This document shows positions 47,185 to 57,673 of a stretch of 64,000 bases of DNA, in pieces. The stretch comes from Pseudomonadota bacterium (GTDB taxonomy: Bacteria; Pseudomonadota; Alphaproteobacteria; Rhizobiales; JAKPQE01), in contig JAKPQE010000179.1 in assembly GCA_029572955.1 (NCBI GenBank), positions 83,650 through 147,649 on the forward strand, written 5' to 3'. The position numbers were made by a program, and so were the translations under genes. Numbering within the stretch: the first letter of the stretch is position 1; every line of letters starts with the position of its first letter. Under the pieces are notes generated by a model. That model was not told the DNA's origin, searched no databases, and was given only the letters and a program-made list of their open reading frames with translations.

Positions 47185-47718
47185 TCAGGCGTCGTTTGCC
47201 GGGTTTCCGGTCGGCGGCAGCTCGCGCGTGCGGGCAACCGGGGCGAATCCGGCACTCTGGTAGAGCGTGAGACGAGGGGGGCGATCGTCGGATCGCACGG
47301 TGATCGAGACCCGCTTCGGCTCGTGCGCGAAGGCCGTGTCGATCGCCGCCGAGACGAGGTAGCGGATCATGCCGCGGTGCTCGTGCGACTGCAGGCAGAA
47401 GAGCCAGGCGATATCGATCTCTGGTCCGTCGACGCCGGTCAGGGCGAACCAGCCGCCGGGCGCGCCGTCGACATAGAGCACGTAGATCTCGGCGCCGGGA
47501 GCGCCGAGATAGGTCGCCAGCGCCGAGCGCGACAGGCCGTCGACCTTCTCGCGCGCCGCAGTCCAGCCGGCACTTTCGTCGGCGAGGTAGCGGTAATAGG
47601 AGGTCTGCATGGTATGGACGCGCATCAGCGCCAGCCGCATGCCGGGCGGCGCCGGCGCCCGCTGCGCCGGCGGTGCCACCATCTCGAGTTCGGTCACGAC
47701 CACCGCCGTCGGCGTCAT
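47185..47718 (-). CDS. GNAT family N-acetyltransferase
   Basis: VTELEM, EIYVLYVDGAPGGW, LYQSAGF. Confidence 0.75.
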   Translation of the reverse strand: MTPTAVVVTELEMVAPPAQRAPAPPGMRLALMRVHTMQTSYYRYLADESAGWTAAREKVDGLSRSALATYLGAPGAEIYVLYVDGAPGGWFALTGVDGPEIDIAWLFCLQSHEHRGMIRYLVSAAIDTAFAHEPKRVSITVRSDDRPPRLTLYQSAGFAPVARTRELPPTGNPANDA

Positions 47719-47756
47719 CGGCGCGTCTCCTCGTCAAGGACAGTGGCGTCGGCTCG

Positions 47757-48608
47757 TCACGGCCCGACGACCCGTTCGCCGCCGGCCCGCACCCATTCGG
47801 TCCACGAGCCGTCGTAGAGCGTGTTGTCGCGATGCCCGAGCACCGACAGCGCCAGCGTCAGCACGGCCGCCGTGACGCCCGAGCCGCACGAGCAGATGAT
47901 CGGCTTCGACAAGTCGACGCCGGCCTTCTCGATCGCGGCCCGCAGTTCCTCGTCGGAGCGCAGGCACCCCATCGGGGTGACGAGGTCGGTGAACGGCACG
48001 TTGAACGCCCCCGGCATGTGGCCGGAGGGCACGCCCTCGCGCGGCTCCGGCTTCTCGCCGAGAAAGCGGCCTTCCGAGCGGGTGTCGACCACCTGGGCCG
48101 AGCCGGTCGCCAGCGCCCGGTGCACGTCGTCGAGATCGGCGACCATGCCGGCATTGAAGCGCGAGGTGAAATGGCGCTCGGTGCGCGTCTCGGCACCGGA
48201 CTCGAACCGGCCCTGATCGTCGTCCCACTTGAGCAGGCCGCCCTCGAGGATCGCGACGTCGGTGACGCCCATGGTCCGGAACGTCCACCAGACGCGCGGC
48301 GCCGAGACGAGGCCGTTGCCGTCATAGACAATGATTTTCTGGCCGTCGCCGATGCCGAGCTTGCGCATCTTGGAGGAAAACACCTCCGGACGCGGCAGCA
48401 TGTGCGGCAGGGTCGTGTCGGCGTCGGCGACGTCGTCGATGTCGAAATAGAGCGCGCCGGGAATGTGCTCCTCGAGATATTCGGCATGACCGTCGCGCTT
48501 GGTGATCTCGAGGTACCAGGACGCGTCGAGGACGACGACGTCCGGCGCGTCGAGATGCGCGGCGAGCCACTCGCTGGTCACGAAACAGCAGGAACGCTTG
48601 TCACTCAC
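47757..48608 (-). CDS. sseA: 3-mercaptopyruvate sulfurtransferase
   Basis: LDASWY, HIPGA, GHMPGA, CGSGVTA, LYDGSWTEW. Confidence 0.94.
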   Translation of the reverse strand: MSDKRSCCFVTSEWLAAHLDAPDVVVLDASWYLEITKRDGHAEYLEEHIPGALYFDIDDVADADTTLPHMLPRPEVFSSKMRKLGIGDGQKIIVYDGNGLVSAPRVWWTFRTMGVTDVAILEGGLLKWDDDQGRFESGAETRTERHFTSRFNAGMVADLDDVHRALATGSAQVVDTRSEGRFLGEKPEPREGVPSGHMPGAFNVPFTDLVTPMGCLRSDEELRAAIEKAGVDLSKPIICSCGSGVTAAVLTLALSVLGHRDNTLYDGSWTEWVRAGGERVVGP

Positions 48609-48708
48609 TTGGGTTTCCCTTCCTTGGCGTTTCCGCGGAGCTTTTCGGCAGGCCGCGCGCTCGGCGGCCCGTCCCGGTACTCCTTGTCTGGTTGATGCCC
48701 CGGCGCCG

Positions 48709-49431
48709 TCAGGCCGCTTCGCCGCCCGCGAAACGGATCCGCACCCGCCGGTTCTGGCGGCCTTTCTTTTCGATCTTGGCAACCTCGATCGGCCCGATCT
48801 CGGCCGTCGAGCGAACATGGGTGCCGCCGCAGGGCTGCAGATCGGCGCCGTCGACCTCGATCAGCCGCACCCGGCCGGTGCCGCGCGGCGGCTTCACCGA
48901 CATCGTCTTGACGAGGCCGGGGTCGGCGTCGAGCTCGGCATCGGTGATGAAACGCATGCCGACCGTCCGGCCCTCGTCGGCGAGGCGGTTGACCGCGGCG
49001 GCGATCTCGTCCTTGTCGAGCCCGGCATCGGGAATGTCGAAGTCGAGCCGACCCTCGTCCTCGCCGATCTGGCCGCCGGTAACCGGGTAGGGCAGTACCG
49101 CCGAGAGAAGATGCAGCGCCGTGTGCATGCGCATCAGGCGATGCCGGCGCTCCCAGTCGATGCGGCAGGTGACCTTGGTTCCGGGCGTCGGCAGGGCCTG
49201 GCCCTCGGCCGGAACGTGGACGATCTCCGACTTGTCCTCGCCATAGACGGTGGTGGCGATGTCGACCGGACCGGCCGCCGTCTCGAGCGTGCCGCGATCG
49301 CCGGGCTGGCCGCCGCCGGTCGGATAGAACACCGTCCGGTCGAGTACGATCCCGCCGCGATCGTTGACGGCGACGACCGTCGCCTCGCAGCTCGCCAGAT
49401 AGGAATCGTCCCGGAACAGTTGCTCTGTCAT
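48709..49431 (-). CDS. AlaX-family tRNA editing protein
   Basis: FYPTGGGQPGD, MRMHTALH, QPCGGTH. Confidence 0.94.
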   Translation of the reverse strand: MTEQLFRDDSYLASCEATVVAVNDRGGIVLDRTVFYPTGGGQPGDRGTLETAAGPVDIATTVYGEDKSEIVHVPAEGQALPTPGTKVTCRIDWERRHRLMRMHTALHLLSAVLPYPVTGGQIGEDEGRLDFDIPDAGLDKDEIAAAVNRLADEGRTVGMRFITDAELDADPGLVKTMSVKPPRGTGRVRLIEVDGADLQPCGGTHVRSTAEIGPIEVAKIEKKGRQNRRVRIRFAGGEAA

Positions 49432-49523
49432 CGTCTCCGCTTTCGCCGTCTCGTTTGGGTCGGTCCGCACTTTAGAAACAATCGCGGGGGGTTTGAAACG
49501 ATAATTCTCGAAAGCCGCGATCC

Positions 49524-50567
49524 TCAGGCACCGCCGGCCATGACCCCGTCCGGCATCGCGCCGCGGCGCTCCAGCCAGGGCGGCGAGGGCAGGCCCTTCT
49601 CCTTGAGGAAGGCCGGATTGAAGAGCTTCGACTGGTAGCGGTTGCCGTAGTCGCAGAGCACGGTGACGATGGTGTGGCCGGGCCCCATTTCGCGCGCCAT
49701 GCGGATCGCCCCGGCGACGTTGACGCCCGACGAGCCGCCGAGCACCAGCCCCTCGACGATGACGAGGTCGAACAGGATCTCGAGCGCTTCGGCGTCACCG
49801 ATGCGATAGGCCATGTCGACCGCCAGGCCTTCGAGATTGCCGGTGATGCGGCCCTGGCCGATGCCCTCGGTGATCGAGGAGCCCTCCGACGTGAGGCCGC
49901 CGCCGGTATAGTGGCTGTAGAGCGCCGCGCCCATCGGATCGGCGAGCCCGATCTTGATCGCCGGGTTGCGCTCCTTCAGCGCCATGGCGACGCCGGCGAG
50001 GGTGCCGCCGGTGCCGACGGCGCAGATGAAGCCGTCGACCTTGCCGTCGGTCTGGCGCCGGATCTCCGGGCCGGTGCCCGCGATATGGGCCTGCCGGTTG
50101 GCGACGTTGTCGAACTGGTTGGCCCAGATGGCGCCATTCGGCTCGCTTGCCGCGAGCCTCTCGGCAAGGCGCCCGGAGACCTTCACGTAGTTGTCGGGAT
50201 TCTTGTAGGGAACCGCCGGCACCTCGATGAGCTCCGCGCCGGCGAGCCTCAGCGCCGCCTTCTTTTCTTCCGACTGCGTCTCGGGGATGACGATCACCGA
50301 CCGGAAGCCGAGCGCATTGCCGACGAGGGCCAGGCCGATGCCGGTATTGCCCGCCGTGCCTTCGACGATCGTGCCGCCCGGCCCGAGCCGCCCGGCCCGC
50401 ATCGCGTCCTCGATGATCGAGAGCGCCGCGCGGTCCTTCACGGACTGGCCCGGATTGAGGAACTCGGCCTTGCCGAGGATCTCGCAGCCGGTCGCCTCCG
50501 ACGCCTTGCGCAGGCGGACGAGCGGTGTGTTGCCGATGAGCTCGACGATGCCGTGACGGATTTCCAT
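49524..50567 (-). CDS. cysK: cysteine synthase A
   Basis: NPGQSVKDR (PLP lysine), GTAGNTG, GTGGT. Confidence 0.93.
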   Translation of the reverse strand: MEIRHGIVELIGNTPLVRLRKASEATGCEILGKAEFLNPGQSVKDRAALSIIEDAMRAGRLGPGGTIVEGTAGNTGIGLALVGNALGFRSVIVIPETQSEEKKAALRLAGAELIEVPAVPYKNPDNYVKVSGRLAERLAASEPNGAIWANQFDNVANRQAHIAGTGPEIRRQTDGKVDGFICAVGTGGTLAGVAMALKERNPAIKIGLADPMGAALYSHYTGGGLTSEGSSITEGIGQGRITGNLEGLAVDMAYRIGDAEALEILFDLVIVEGLVLGGSSGVNVAGAIRMAREMGPGHTIVTVLCDYGNRYQSKLFNPAFLKEKGLPSPPWLERRGAMPDGVMAGGA

Positions 50568-50911
50568 GGCGCAGCTTTCTCCCCGTTGCCTGCGAAGGTT
50601 AGGGCGCGGCGCCGGGGCGGCCAACAGGAAAACACCATTTCGTCGCGGCCGCGCGCCCGAACACCGCCGCGACGGCAGCCGGATCGCCATGGCAAACAGG
50701 AAACACAAATTAGGCGTCGAAACAAAGGAGGCCCCGAAGCATCGGCCGGAAATGATCCGCCGATAGTTACACCCCGCTTCATGGAATTGTTTGCTCAAAA
50801 AGCATCAGAAATATTACTCGCAATGCTTGTTCGTCATTGAAAGAGACCTCCAAGCGATAATAGAATTCCGGCTAAGATCGCAGAATGGATGCGCCAGGAC
50901 GCCAGTCCGGG

Positions 50912-50937
50912 TGATCCGAAGACGGTCATGGCCCGTA
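50912..50937 (+). promoter_or_regulatory. putative sigmaE (RpoE-ChrR class) promoter
   Basis: TGATCC-N15-CCGTA directly upstream of the chrR-like ORF. Confidence 0.45.
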
Positions 50938-50965
50938 GAAATTACGGCTCGCGAAGCGCCCGGAG

Positions 50966-51637
50966 TTGCTTGTGGACCGATTGGATGAACGGCCGAGCAA
51001 GGTGACCGAAACGGTCGCCGAAGCGGTAGAGATTGGGCTGGCGGCATACGTGGCAGGTTCCCTGCCGCGCGCCCTTCATGCCCTCTTCGAAAGCCATCTG
51101 GCGATCTCCCCGACACATCGACCTTTGGTCGAGCATCTCGAATGCGCCGCAGGATATCTGCTGGATTTCGAGCCTCCGGCCGAGATCGATGGCCGCGAGG
51201 CCGTTCTCGCCCGGATCTTCGCGGCCGAGGCCGAGCCGGAGGCGTCCTACGAGCTGTCTTGCCCCCTGCCGGAACCGGTACCGACGCCGATCAGCCATCT
51301 GCTCCATCTCGGCGGCAACACCTTCACCTGGCGCGACTTTCCCGAGGGTCGCAACAATTGCGCCCACGGCATCATAGACGGCCACGAAGTGCGCATCGGC
51401 TGCGCCAAGCCCGGCATCGCAATACCCGACCACACCCACGACGGCGACGAGTTCCTTCTCGTGGTCTCGGGCGACATCGTCACCGAGGCGGGCCAGCTGC
51501 GGGCCGGCGACATCGGCTTTCATCCGGGCGGCATGCCCCACAGCGGCAAGATCGTCGGCAGCGACGACTGCGTCTATTTCGTCGTCGTGGCCCCCGGCAT
51601 CGTGGTGCCCACCGCGCTCAGGATGGCCGGCGACTGA
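50966..51637 (+). CDS. ChrR-like anti-sigma/cupin protein (start uncertain)
   Basis: LAAYVAGSL..SHLA..LE..AGYLL anti-sigma-like segment; cupin PDHTHDGDEFLLVVSG. Confidence 0.8.
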   Translation: MLVDRLDERPSKVTETVAEAVEIGLAAYVAGSLPRALHALFESHLAISPTHRPLVEHLECAAGYLLDFEPPAEIDGREAVLARIFAAEAEPEASYELSCPLPEPVPTPISHLLHLGGNTFTWRDFPEGRNNCAHGIIDGHEVRIGCAKPGIAIPDHTHDGDEFLLVVSGDIVTEAGQLRAGDIGFHPGGMPHSGKIVGSDDCVYFVVVAPGIVVPTALRMAGD

Positions 51638-53051
51638 TTTCTGCAAACGCCGCGAGCGCCCGGGCGCGGGCGAGCCCGTGATCGACGATCGGATCCGGAT
51701 AGGCGCCGGCGTCCACCACCAAACCGGCCGGTTCCTGCCACGGCCGATGAACCCGGCGGGTGCCGAGACCGGCAAGCCCCGGCAGCCAGCGGCGTATATA
51801 GGCGCCGTCGGGATCGAATTTCTCACCCTGCGTCACCGGATTGAAGATGCGGAAATAGGGCGCCGCGTCGGCACCGCTTCCCGCCACCCACTGCCAGCTC
51901 GCCGGGTTGTTGGCCTCGTCGGCATCGACGAGCGTGTCCCAGAACCAGCGCTCGCCGTCGCGCCAGTCGATCATGAGATGCTTGACGAGGAAGGAGGCGG
52001 CGACCATCCGCACCCGGTTGTGCATCCAGCCGGTGCGCCAGAGCTGGCGAAGGCCGGCGTCGACGAACGGATAGCCGGTCCGACCGGCCTGCCAGGCGGC
52101 GCGGGCGGCGGCGTCCTCGCGCCAGGGGAAGGCGTCGAACTTGCCCTGGATATTGCGCGTCGCGATGTCCGCCTCGTTGCCGAGGAGATGCCAGCAGAAC
52201 TCGCGCCAGAGGAGTTCGGCGAGATATTTGTCGGCATCGCCGTCGAGCGCCGGGTTCCGCGCCGCCGCACCGGCAACCGCGTGCCAGACCTGATAGGGGC
52301 TGATCTCGCCGAAGCGCAGATGTGGCGAGAGCATCGAGACGGCACCGCAAGCCGGCAGGTCGCGGCCGTCGCGATAGCGGGCAAGGCCGTCCGAGAGAAA
52401 CGTATCGAGCCGCTGCCGGGCACCGCGCTCCCCCGGCGTCCAGACCGGCCCGAACTCCCGCGCCCAGTCGGGCTTCGTTGGCAGGAGGTCCCAGTCGGCG
52501 AGGCCGTCGCTCGCGGGAGTAGACGCCGCGCCGCGTCCGAGAAGGTCCGGTGCCGCCAGCGGCATGCGCGGTTGGCCGAGCGCCCGCACGGCCTTCGCGA
52601 ATGGCGTATAGACCCGGTAGGAGCCGCCGGTCCCGGTCCGCATTTCGCCGGGCGCGACGAGCAGATTGGCCTTCGCCGTCGTGAGCTTGCGGCCATCCGC
52701 GGCGAGGCGGGAGGCGATCTCGCGATCGACCGCGGCGCCACCCGGCTCGTGGCGGTCGTTCCAGAAGACTTCGCCAGCGCCCGCCTCTGTTGCAACGCCC
52801 GGGACCACGATGCGCGCGTCGCCCCGGCGCAGCACCAGTGTGACGCCGGCCGCCGCGAGCTGTCGGCCGAGCGCGGCGAGGGAATGATGCAGCCACCAGC
52901 GCGCCGCCGCGCCGAGCGGACGCGGTCCGGCACCTTCCTCGAGGACGTAGAGAACGATCAGCGGCCGCTGCGAGGCGGCCGCCATGGCGAGTGCCGGATT
53001 GTCGGAAACCCTGAGATCGTTGCGCAGCCAGACGAGGGCAGGGGCGGTCAT
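51618..53051 (-). CDS. deoxyribodipyrimidine photolyase (class I CPD type)
   Basis: WLRNDLRVSDNPAL, SPHLRFGEIS, ELLWREF, GWMHNRVRM, RIFNP. Confidence 0.94.
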   Translation of the reverse strand: MTAPALVWLRNDLRVSDNPALAMAAASQRPLIVLYVLEEGAGPRPLGAAARWWLHHSLAALGRQLAAAGVTLVLRRGDARIVVPGVATEAGAGEVFWNDRHEPGGAAVDREIASRLAADGRKLTTAKANLLVAPGEMRTGTGGSYRVYTPFAKAVRALGQPRMPLAAPDLLGRGAASTPASDGLADWDLLPTKPDWAREFGPVWTPGERGARQRLDTFLSDGLARYRDGRDLPACGAVSMLSPHLRFGEISPYQVWHAVAGAAARNPALDGDADKYLAELLWREFCWHLLGNEADIATRNIQGKFDAFPWREDAAARAAWQAGRTGYPFVDAGLRQLWRTGWMHNRVRMVAASFLVKHLMIDWRDGERWFWDTLVDADEANNPASWQWVAGSGADAAPYFRIFNPVTQGEKFDPDGAYIRRWLPGLAGLGTRRVHRPWQEPAGLVVDAGAYPDPIVDHGLARARALAAFAEISRRPS

Positions 53052-53061
53052 CGTCGCCCGG

Positions 53062-53754
53062 TCAGGCCGCGAGGGCTCCGACGAGGCTCTCGAACACGCC
53101 GCGGCCGTCGTCGCCGCCCTGCAGCTGTTCGATCAGGTTCTCCGGATGCGGCATCATGCCGAGCACGTTGCCACGCTCGTTGAGAATGCCGGCGATCGAA
53201 TTGATCGAGCCGTTGACATTGGCCGCCTCGGTCACCGCGCCGGTCTCGTCGCAATAGCGATAGACGACCCGACCTTCGCCCTCGAGCCGGGCGATCGTCT
53301 CGGCATCGGCGAAGTAGTTGCCGTCGTGGTGGGCGACCGGACAGCGGATCACCTGGCCCTTGGCATAGGCCGAGGAGAACGGGGTCCGGTTGTTCTCGAC
53401 GCGCAGATGAACGTCGCGGCAGATGAAGTTGAGGTTGCGGTTGCGCATCAGCGCGCCGGGCAGGAGCCCCGACTCGGTGAGGATCTGGAAGCCGTTGCAG
53501 ATGCCGAGCACCAGCCGGCCCTCGTTCGCCTTGGCGACGACGTCGCCCATGATCGGCGAGCGCGCCGCGATCGCGCCGCAGCGCAGATAGTCGCCGTAGG
53601 AAAAGCCGCCCGGAATGACGATCAGGTCGACGTCGGGCAGTTCCTTGTCGGCATGCCAGACCGGGATCGGCGCCGTGCCGGAAACGACATGGAGCGCACG
53701 CATCATGTCGCGCTCGCGGTTGATGCCGGGGAAAACGACGACGGCGGCTTTCAT
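53062..53754 (-). CDS. purQ: FGAM synthase glutaminase subunit
   Basis: [24 protein letters not shown]. Confidence 0.97.
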   Translation of the reverse strand: MKAAVVVFPGINRERDMMRALHVVSGTAPIPVWHADKELPDVDLIVIPGGFSYGDYLRCGAIAARSPIMGDVVAKANEGRLVLGICNGFQILTESGLLPGALMRNRNLNFICRDVHLRVENNRTPFSSAYAKGQVIRCPVAHHDGNYFADAETIARLEGEGRVVYRYCDETGAVTEAANVNGSINSIAGILNERGNVLGMMPHPENLIEQLQGGDDGRGVFESLVGALAA

Positions 53755-53764
53755 CGGGCTTGCC

Positions 53765-54502
53765 TCACAATATCCAACCAAGGGCGCGGCGCAGTTCCGC
53801 CGTGCCGTGTTCTGCATACCACCGACCATGGGCCAAGATCACCCGTTCTGGTGCCCAGGCGACGATTTTCTCTACAGCTGCTTTGACCGCCTGCCTATTG
53901 CGGCGAAAGGTCTGCCTGAGATCGGGCGGCGTCGTGCCGTGCGGATCGGCGATGCCGGCGAGCCTGAGCAGCAGGCGCAGCCACCGGCAGTCGACCCGGC
54001 CGAGCTCGAAGTTCTCGATGAGGTCGGTGACGATCGCGGTCTTCGAGGCCCTGTGGAAGAAGACGAATTCCGTCATGTAGGCGCCGGCGACGGCGACCGC
54101 GTCGATCTCGCCGGACCAGGGCGCCGGCGCCGCCCCGAGCTCGCGCACCGGCCCGGCGATCCGCCCCTTGGCCTGCTCGAGCACCCGCGGCGCGACGTGG
54201 GCCTCAGCCGAGGGAAACGCCGCCTGCCAGTCGGCGAGCCACCAGTAGTGGATGCGGTTCGGCGCGACGAGAAAGGCGACCTCGCCAAGGGCGCGCACCT
54301 CGGCCTCGAGCGACGCCGGCAGCGGCGTCGGCGAATGCACGAAGAGCCGGCCGCCGGCGAGCCGCACGATCGTCATGCGGGTCGAGAACGGCCCCTTCAG
54401 GAACCCGAAGCCGAACGAGATGACCGGCCCGTCGACGATCCAGATGTCGTCGGCGACGGGTTTCAGCGTATCGAGCGGTTGGTAGGGCCGGAGGCAGGAC
54501 AT
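53765..54502 (-). CDS. DUF4336-like (metallo-beta-lactamase-like) protein
   Basis: [33 protein letters not shown]. Confidence 0.85.
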   Translation of the reverse strand: MSCLRPYQPLDTLKPVADDIWIVDGPVISFGFGFLKGPFSTRMTIVRLAGGRLFVHSPTPLPASLEAEVRALGEVAFLVAPNRIHYWWLADWQAAFPSAEAHVAPRVLEQAKGRIAGPVRELGAAPAPWSGEIDAVAVAGAYMTEFVFFHRASKTAIVTDLIENFELGRVDCRWLRLLLRLAGIADPHGTTPPDLRQTFRRNRQAVKAAVEKIVAWAPERVILAHGRWYAEHGTAELRRALGWIL

Positions 54503-54530
54503 CTTGCGACAGCCCCTCCTCGGTTGGTCC

Positions 54531-54668
54531 TCACAGCAGGACGATGACGGCGATGATCGAGGCGATGATCGGAATGCCGATGAAAATCGCGGCCTTGATG
54601 GCCATGAACTTCAGCGCCTTGGCGCTTTCCTCGCGGTGCCGGGCGATGGCCTCGGGCGTGCGTTCCAT
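54531..54668 (-). CDS. 45-aa pur-operon-associated small membrane protein
   Basis: Manual translation MERTPEAIARHREESAKALKFMAIKAAIFIGIPIIASIIAVIVLL, starting 7 bp after purS. Confidence 0.75.
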   Translation of the reverse strand: MERTPEAIARHREESAKALKFMAIKAAIFIGIPIIASIIAVIVLL

Positions 54669-54675
54669 GTCGCGG

Positions 54676-54915
54676 TCAGACGATGTCGATCGAGTAGTTC
54701 TCGATCACCGTGTTGGCGAGCAGCTTGCGGCACATCTCGTCGATGGTCTTCATCGCCGCGTCGCGGTCGCTCTCGGCAAGCTCGAGGTCGATGATCTTGC
54801 CCTGACGCACTTCGCCGACGCCGGAGAAGCCGAGTGCACCGAGGGCCCCCTCGATCGCCTTGCCCTGCGGGTCGAGCACGCCGTTCTTCAGGGTGATCGT
54901 CACGCGCGCCTTCAT
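54676..54915 (-). CDS. purS: FGAM synthase subunit PurS
   Basis: LDPQG, VRQGK, LLANTVIE. Confidence 0.96.
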   Translation of the reverse strand: MKARVTITLKNGVLDPQGKAIEGALGALGFSGVGEVRQGKIIDLELAESDRDAAMKTIDEMCRKLLANTVIENYSIDIV

Positions 54916-54990
54916 ATCGTCTTTCCTCGCCGGTCGAAAAAGCGGAACGCCGGGGAGATAACCCGGCGTTCGCATGTCTCGCAAGATGAC

Positions 54991-55755
54991 TTATTGCACC
55001 AGCCGCGGGCCGCCATTGGCCGGCGGCTCGTTATCCACCAGAATCCCGAGCCGGCGCGCCACTTCCTGATAGGCCTCGACGAGTCCGCCCATGTCGCGGC
55101 GGAAACGGTCCTTGTCGAGCTTCTCGTTGCTGGCGATGTCCCACAGCCGGCAGGAATCGGGGCTGATCTCGTCGGCGACGACGATGCGCATCATGTCGCC
55201 TTCCCAGAGACGGCCGCATTCCATCTTGAAGTCGACGAGACGGATGCCGACGCCGAGGAACAGGCCGGAGAGGAAGTCGTTGACGCGGATGGCGAGCGCC
55301 ATCATGTCGTCGATCTCCTGCGGCGTCGCCCAGCCGAAGGCGGTGATGTGCTCTTCGGAGACCATCGGGTCGCCGAGCTCGTCGCTCTTGTAATAGAACT
55401 CGATGATCGAGCGCGGCAGCACGGTGCCTTCCTCGATGCCGAGGCGCTGCGACAGCGAACCGGCTGCGACGTTTCGCACCACGATCTCCAGCGGCACGAT
55501 CTCGACTTCGCGAATCAGCTGCTCGCGCATGTTGAGCCGGCGGATGAAGTGGGTCGGAATGCCCATGGCGTTGAGGTGCATGAACACGTATTCGGAGATA
55601 CGGTTGTTCAGCACACCCTTGCCGTCGACGATCTGGTGTTTCTTGTTGTTGAACGCGGTCGCGTCGTCCTTGAAATGCTGAATGAGTGTGCCGGGTTCCG
55701 GGCCTTCATAGAGAATCTTGGCCTTGCCCTCGTAGATGCGGCGACGACGGTTCAT
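54991..55755 (-). CDS. purC: SAICAR synthetase
   Basis: [37 protein letters not shown]. Confidence 0.97.
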   Translation of the reverse strand: MNRRRRIYEGKAKILYEGPEPGTLIQHFKDDATAFNNKKHQIVDGKGVLNNRISEYVFMHLNAMGIPTHFIRRLNMREQLIREVEIVPLEIVVRNVAAGSLSQRLGIEEGTVLPRSIIEFYYKSDELGDPMVSEEHITAFGWATPQEIDDMMALAIRVNDFLSGLFLGVGIRLVDFKMECGRLWEGDMMRIVVADEISPDSCRLWDIASNEKLDKDRFRRDMGGLVEAYQEVARRLGILVDNEPPANGGPRLVQ

Positions 55756-56071
55756 GGGGATATACCGTGGTTCGAGAAAATCCATTGGTGCCGAGCACTC
55801 CAATTGCCTTCGGCAAGCCTCGGCTGGGGGCCATTCCAACGCTTCGCGAGCGTCGGGGACCGAACGTGGCCCGGCCGGAAACTACTCGATCCTGACGTTT
55901 GGCACAACGCCGACAAATCAGGCCCCGTCCAATGGTCGCAAGCATGTCGCGTTCCGTTGATTTGGTGCCCCTTGCGGGCTATGCAAGGTGCCAGTGGAGC
56001 ACTTATATCCGGGATGATGGGGATCAAAAGGAAATGGCCCAGTCTCGGGCGGTTCCTTTCGGGAGAGAGTA

Positions 56072-56395
56072 ATGTCTGCATTCGACGAACGCGAAAAGGC
56101 CTACGAGAAGAAGTTCGCCCAGGACGAAGAGCTTCACTTCCGTGCGACCGCCCGGCGCAACCGCCTGCTCGGCCTGTGGGCCGCGGAAAAGCTTGGGCTG
56201 GCCGGTGAGGCCGCCGACGAATACGCCCGTTCCGTCGTGCGCTCCGATTTCGACGAGCCGGGCGATCAGGACGTGTTCCGCAAGATCCGCGGCGATTTCG
56301 ATGCCGCCGGCGTCCAGCAGTCGGACCACCAGATCCAGCGCACCATGACCGAGCTGCTGCAGACCGCCGCCGACCAGATCCTCAAGGGCGAGTGA
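56072..56395 (+). CDS. DUF1476 family protein
   Basis: FDEREKAYEKKFA, ARRNRLLGLWAA. Confidence 0.9.
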   Translation: MSAFDEREKAYEKKFAQDEELHFRATARRNRLLGLWAAEKLGLAGEAADEYARSVVRSDFDEPGDQDVFRKIRGDFDAAGVQQSDHQIQRTMTELLQTAADQILKGE

Positions 56396-56437
56396 CCCCA
56401 TACCCGCCGCGGCGCTGACCGGCGAGGGCGGTGCACG

Positions 56438-57211
56438 ATGAACGCCTCTTCCCTGACCGCCACAATCCGCGACGGCGGCTTTGCGCTCTCGGCATGGAAC
56501 ACCATGCCGGGCGCAGCGCTCGTCGAGGCGATCGCGCGCGGACCCTTCGACTGCGTCACCATCGACATGCAGCACGGCGGCCACGACCTCGCCTCCACGG
56601 CCGCCGCGATCTCGGCGATCGCCCTTGCCGGCAAGGGCGCGGCCGTGCGCCTCGCACTCCATGCCTGGGGTGACGCCAGCCGCGTGCTCGACGCCGGCGC
56701 GGCCATCGTCGTCGCGCCGATGATCGACACGCCCGAGCTTGCCCGCGAATTCGTTGCCGCCACCAAGTATTTGCCGCTCGGCGCCCGCAGCTGGGGTCCG
56801 CAGCGGGCGATGGCGCTGACCGGCCTCGACCGCACGACCTATCTCGCCACCGCGAACCGTCTGTGCCTCTCCCTGGCGATGATCGAGACCCGCGAAGGCC
56901 TCGAACGCCTCGACGACATCCTCGCCGTCGACGGTATCGACGGCGTCTTCGTCGGCCCCTCCGATCTCTCGATCGCGCTTTCGGACGGCGAAACGCTCGA
57001 CCCGGGCGCCGATGAGGTCGACGCCGCGCTCGTCCATGTCGCCGCGCGTGCGGCGCATCACGGCAAGATCGCCGCGCTGTTTTCGGTCAGCCCGGCGATG
57101 GCGATCCGCGCCCGCGATCTCGGCTATCGATTCGTCGCCCTGTCGACGGATTCCTCCTACCTGGCCTTGGGCATGGCGGCGCTGGTCGACGCCGTCCGCC
57201 CGGCGGACTGA
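56438..57211 (+). CDS. HpcH/HpaI aldolase family protein
   Basis: IDMQHG, PLGARSWGP, MIET, FVGPSDL. Confidence 0.92.
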   Translation: MNASSLTATIRDGGFALSAWNTMPGAALVEAIARGPFDCVTIDMQHGGHDLASTAAAISAIALAGKGAAVRLALHAWGDASRVLDAGAAIVVAPMIDTPELAREFVAATKYLPLGARSWGPQRAMALTGLDRTTYLATANRLCLSLAMIETREGLERLDDILAVDGIDGVFVGPSDLSIALSDGETLDPGADEVDAALVHVAARAAHHGKIAALFSVSPAMAIRARDLGYRFVALSTDSSYLALGMAALVDAVRPAD

Positions 57212-57478
57212 CGACCGCACGATTTTTTTGCCGTCGAAGTCCCCGGCTTCGGCCGTCGGCCGCGGATCGATTGATCTTCCTCAACCATGCGACTCTTGAG
57301 CACGTTGACCGGCCCGCACCGGCTTCGGATGATCCCGCGCGATGGGGCGGAACCGCCGTCGGCGGAGAGGGGAGTCGCCTTTGACCTTGTCGGTCGGGCG
57401 AGTCGCCGTCTACGGTTGGTCTGTTCGAAGGAGGGCCGTGCGAGAGCGCGCGGTCAGGGTTCATCCTCGGAGGCTGAA

Positions 57479-57673
57479 ATGGGCAAATTGTTCTGGTTGA
57501 TGCTGCCGATCGTCGCGACGACCGTGGCCGGCATTCTCTTCACGGCGCTTCTGGCGGCCAACATGGCCGATATGAAGTCCGCTCCGATCGTGATCGCGAT
57601 CGGCTTCGCTGTCGGTACCGTCATCAACTACTTCGTCGCCAAGGCCGTCGACCACGCGCGCAAGCCGCGTTGA
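57479..57673 (+). CDS. small two-TM hypothetical membrane protein (64 aa)
   Basis: GGAGG RBS, two hydrophobic helices, basic C-terminus. Confidence 0.65.
   Translation: MGKLFWLMLPIVATTVAGILFTALLAANMADMKSAPIVIAIGFAVGTVINYFVAKAVDHARKPR

Noticed and set aside
39934-50567. Sulfur-metabolism supercluster (metC, sseA, cysK, plus cysE earlier)
   Set aside because: Ordinary housekeeping genes interspersed with unrelated ones; no shared motif or riboswitch seen
53095-53135. Internal sigmaE-like promoter for photolyase inside purQ (TGATCG-N15-GCGAC)
   Set aside because: Too many mismatches and lies within coding sequence
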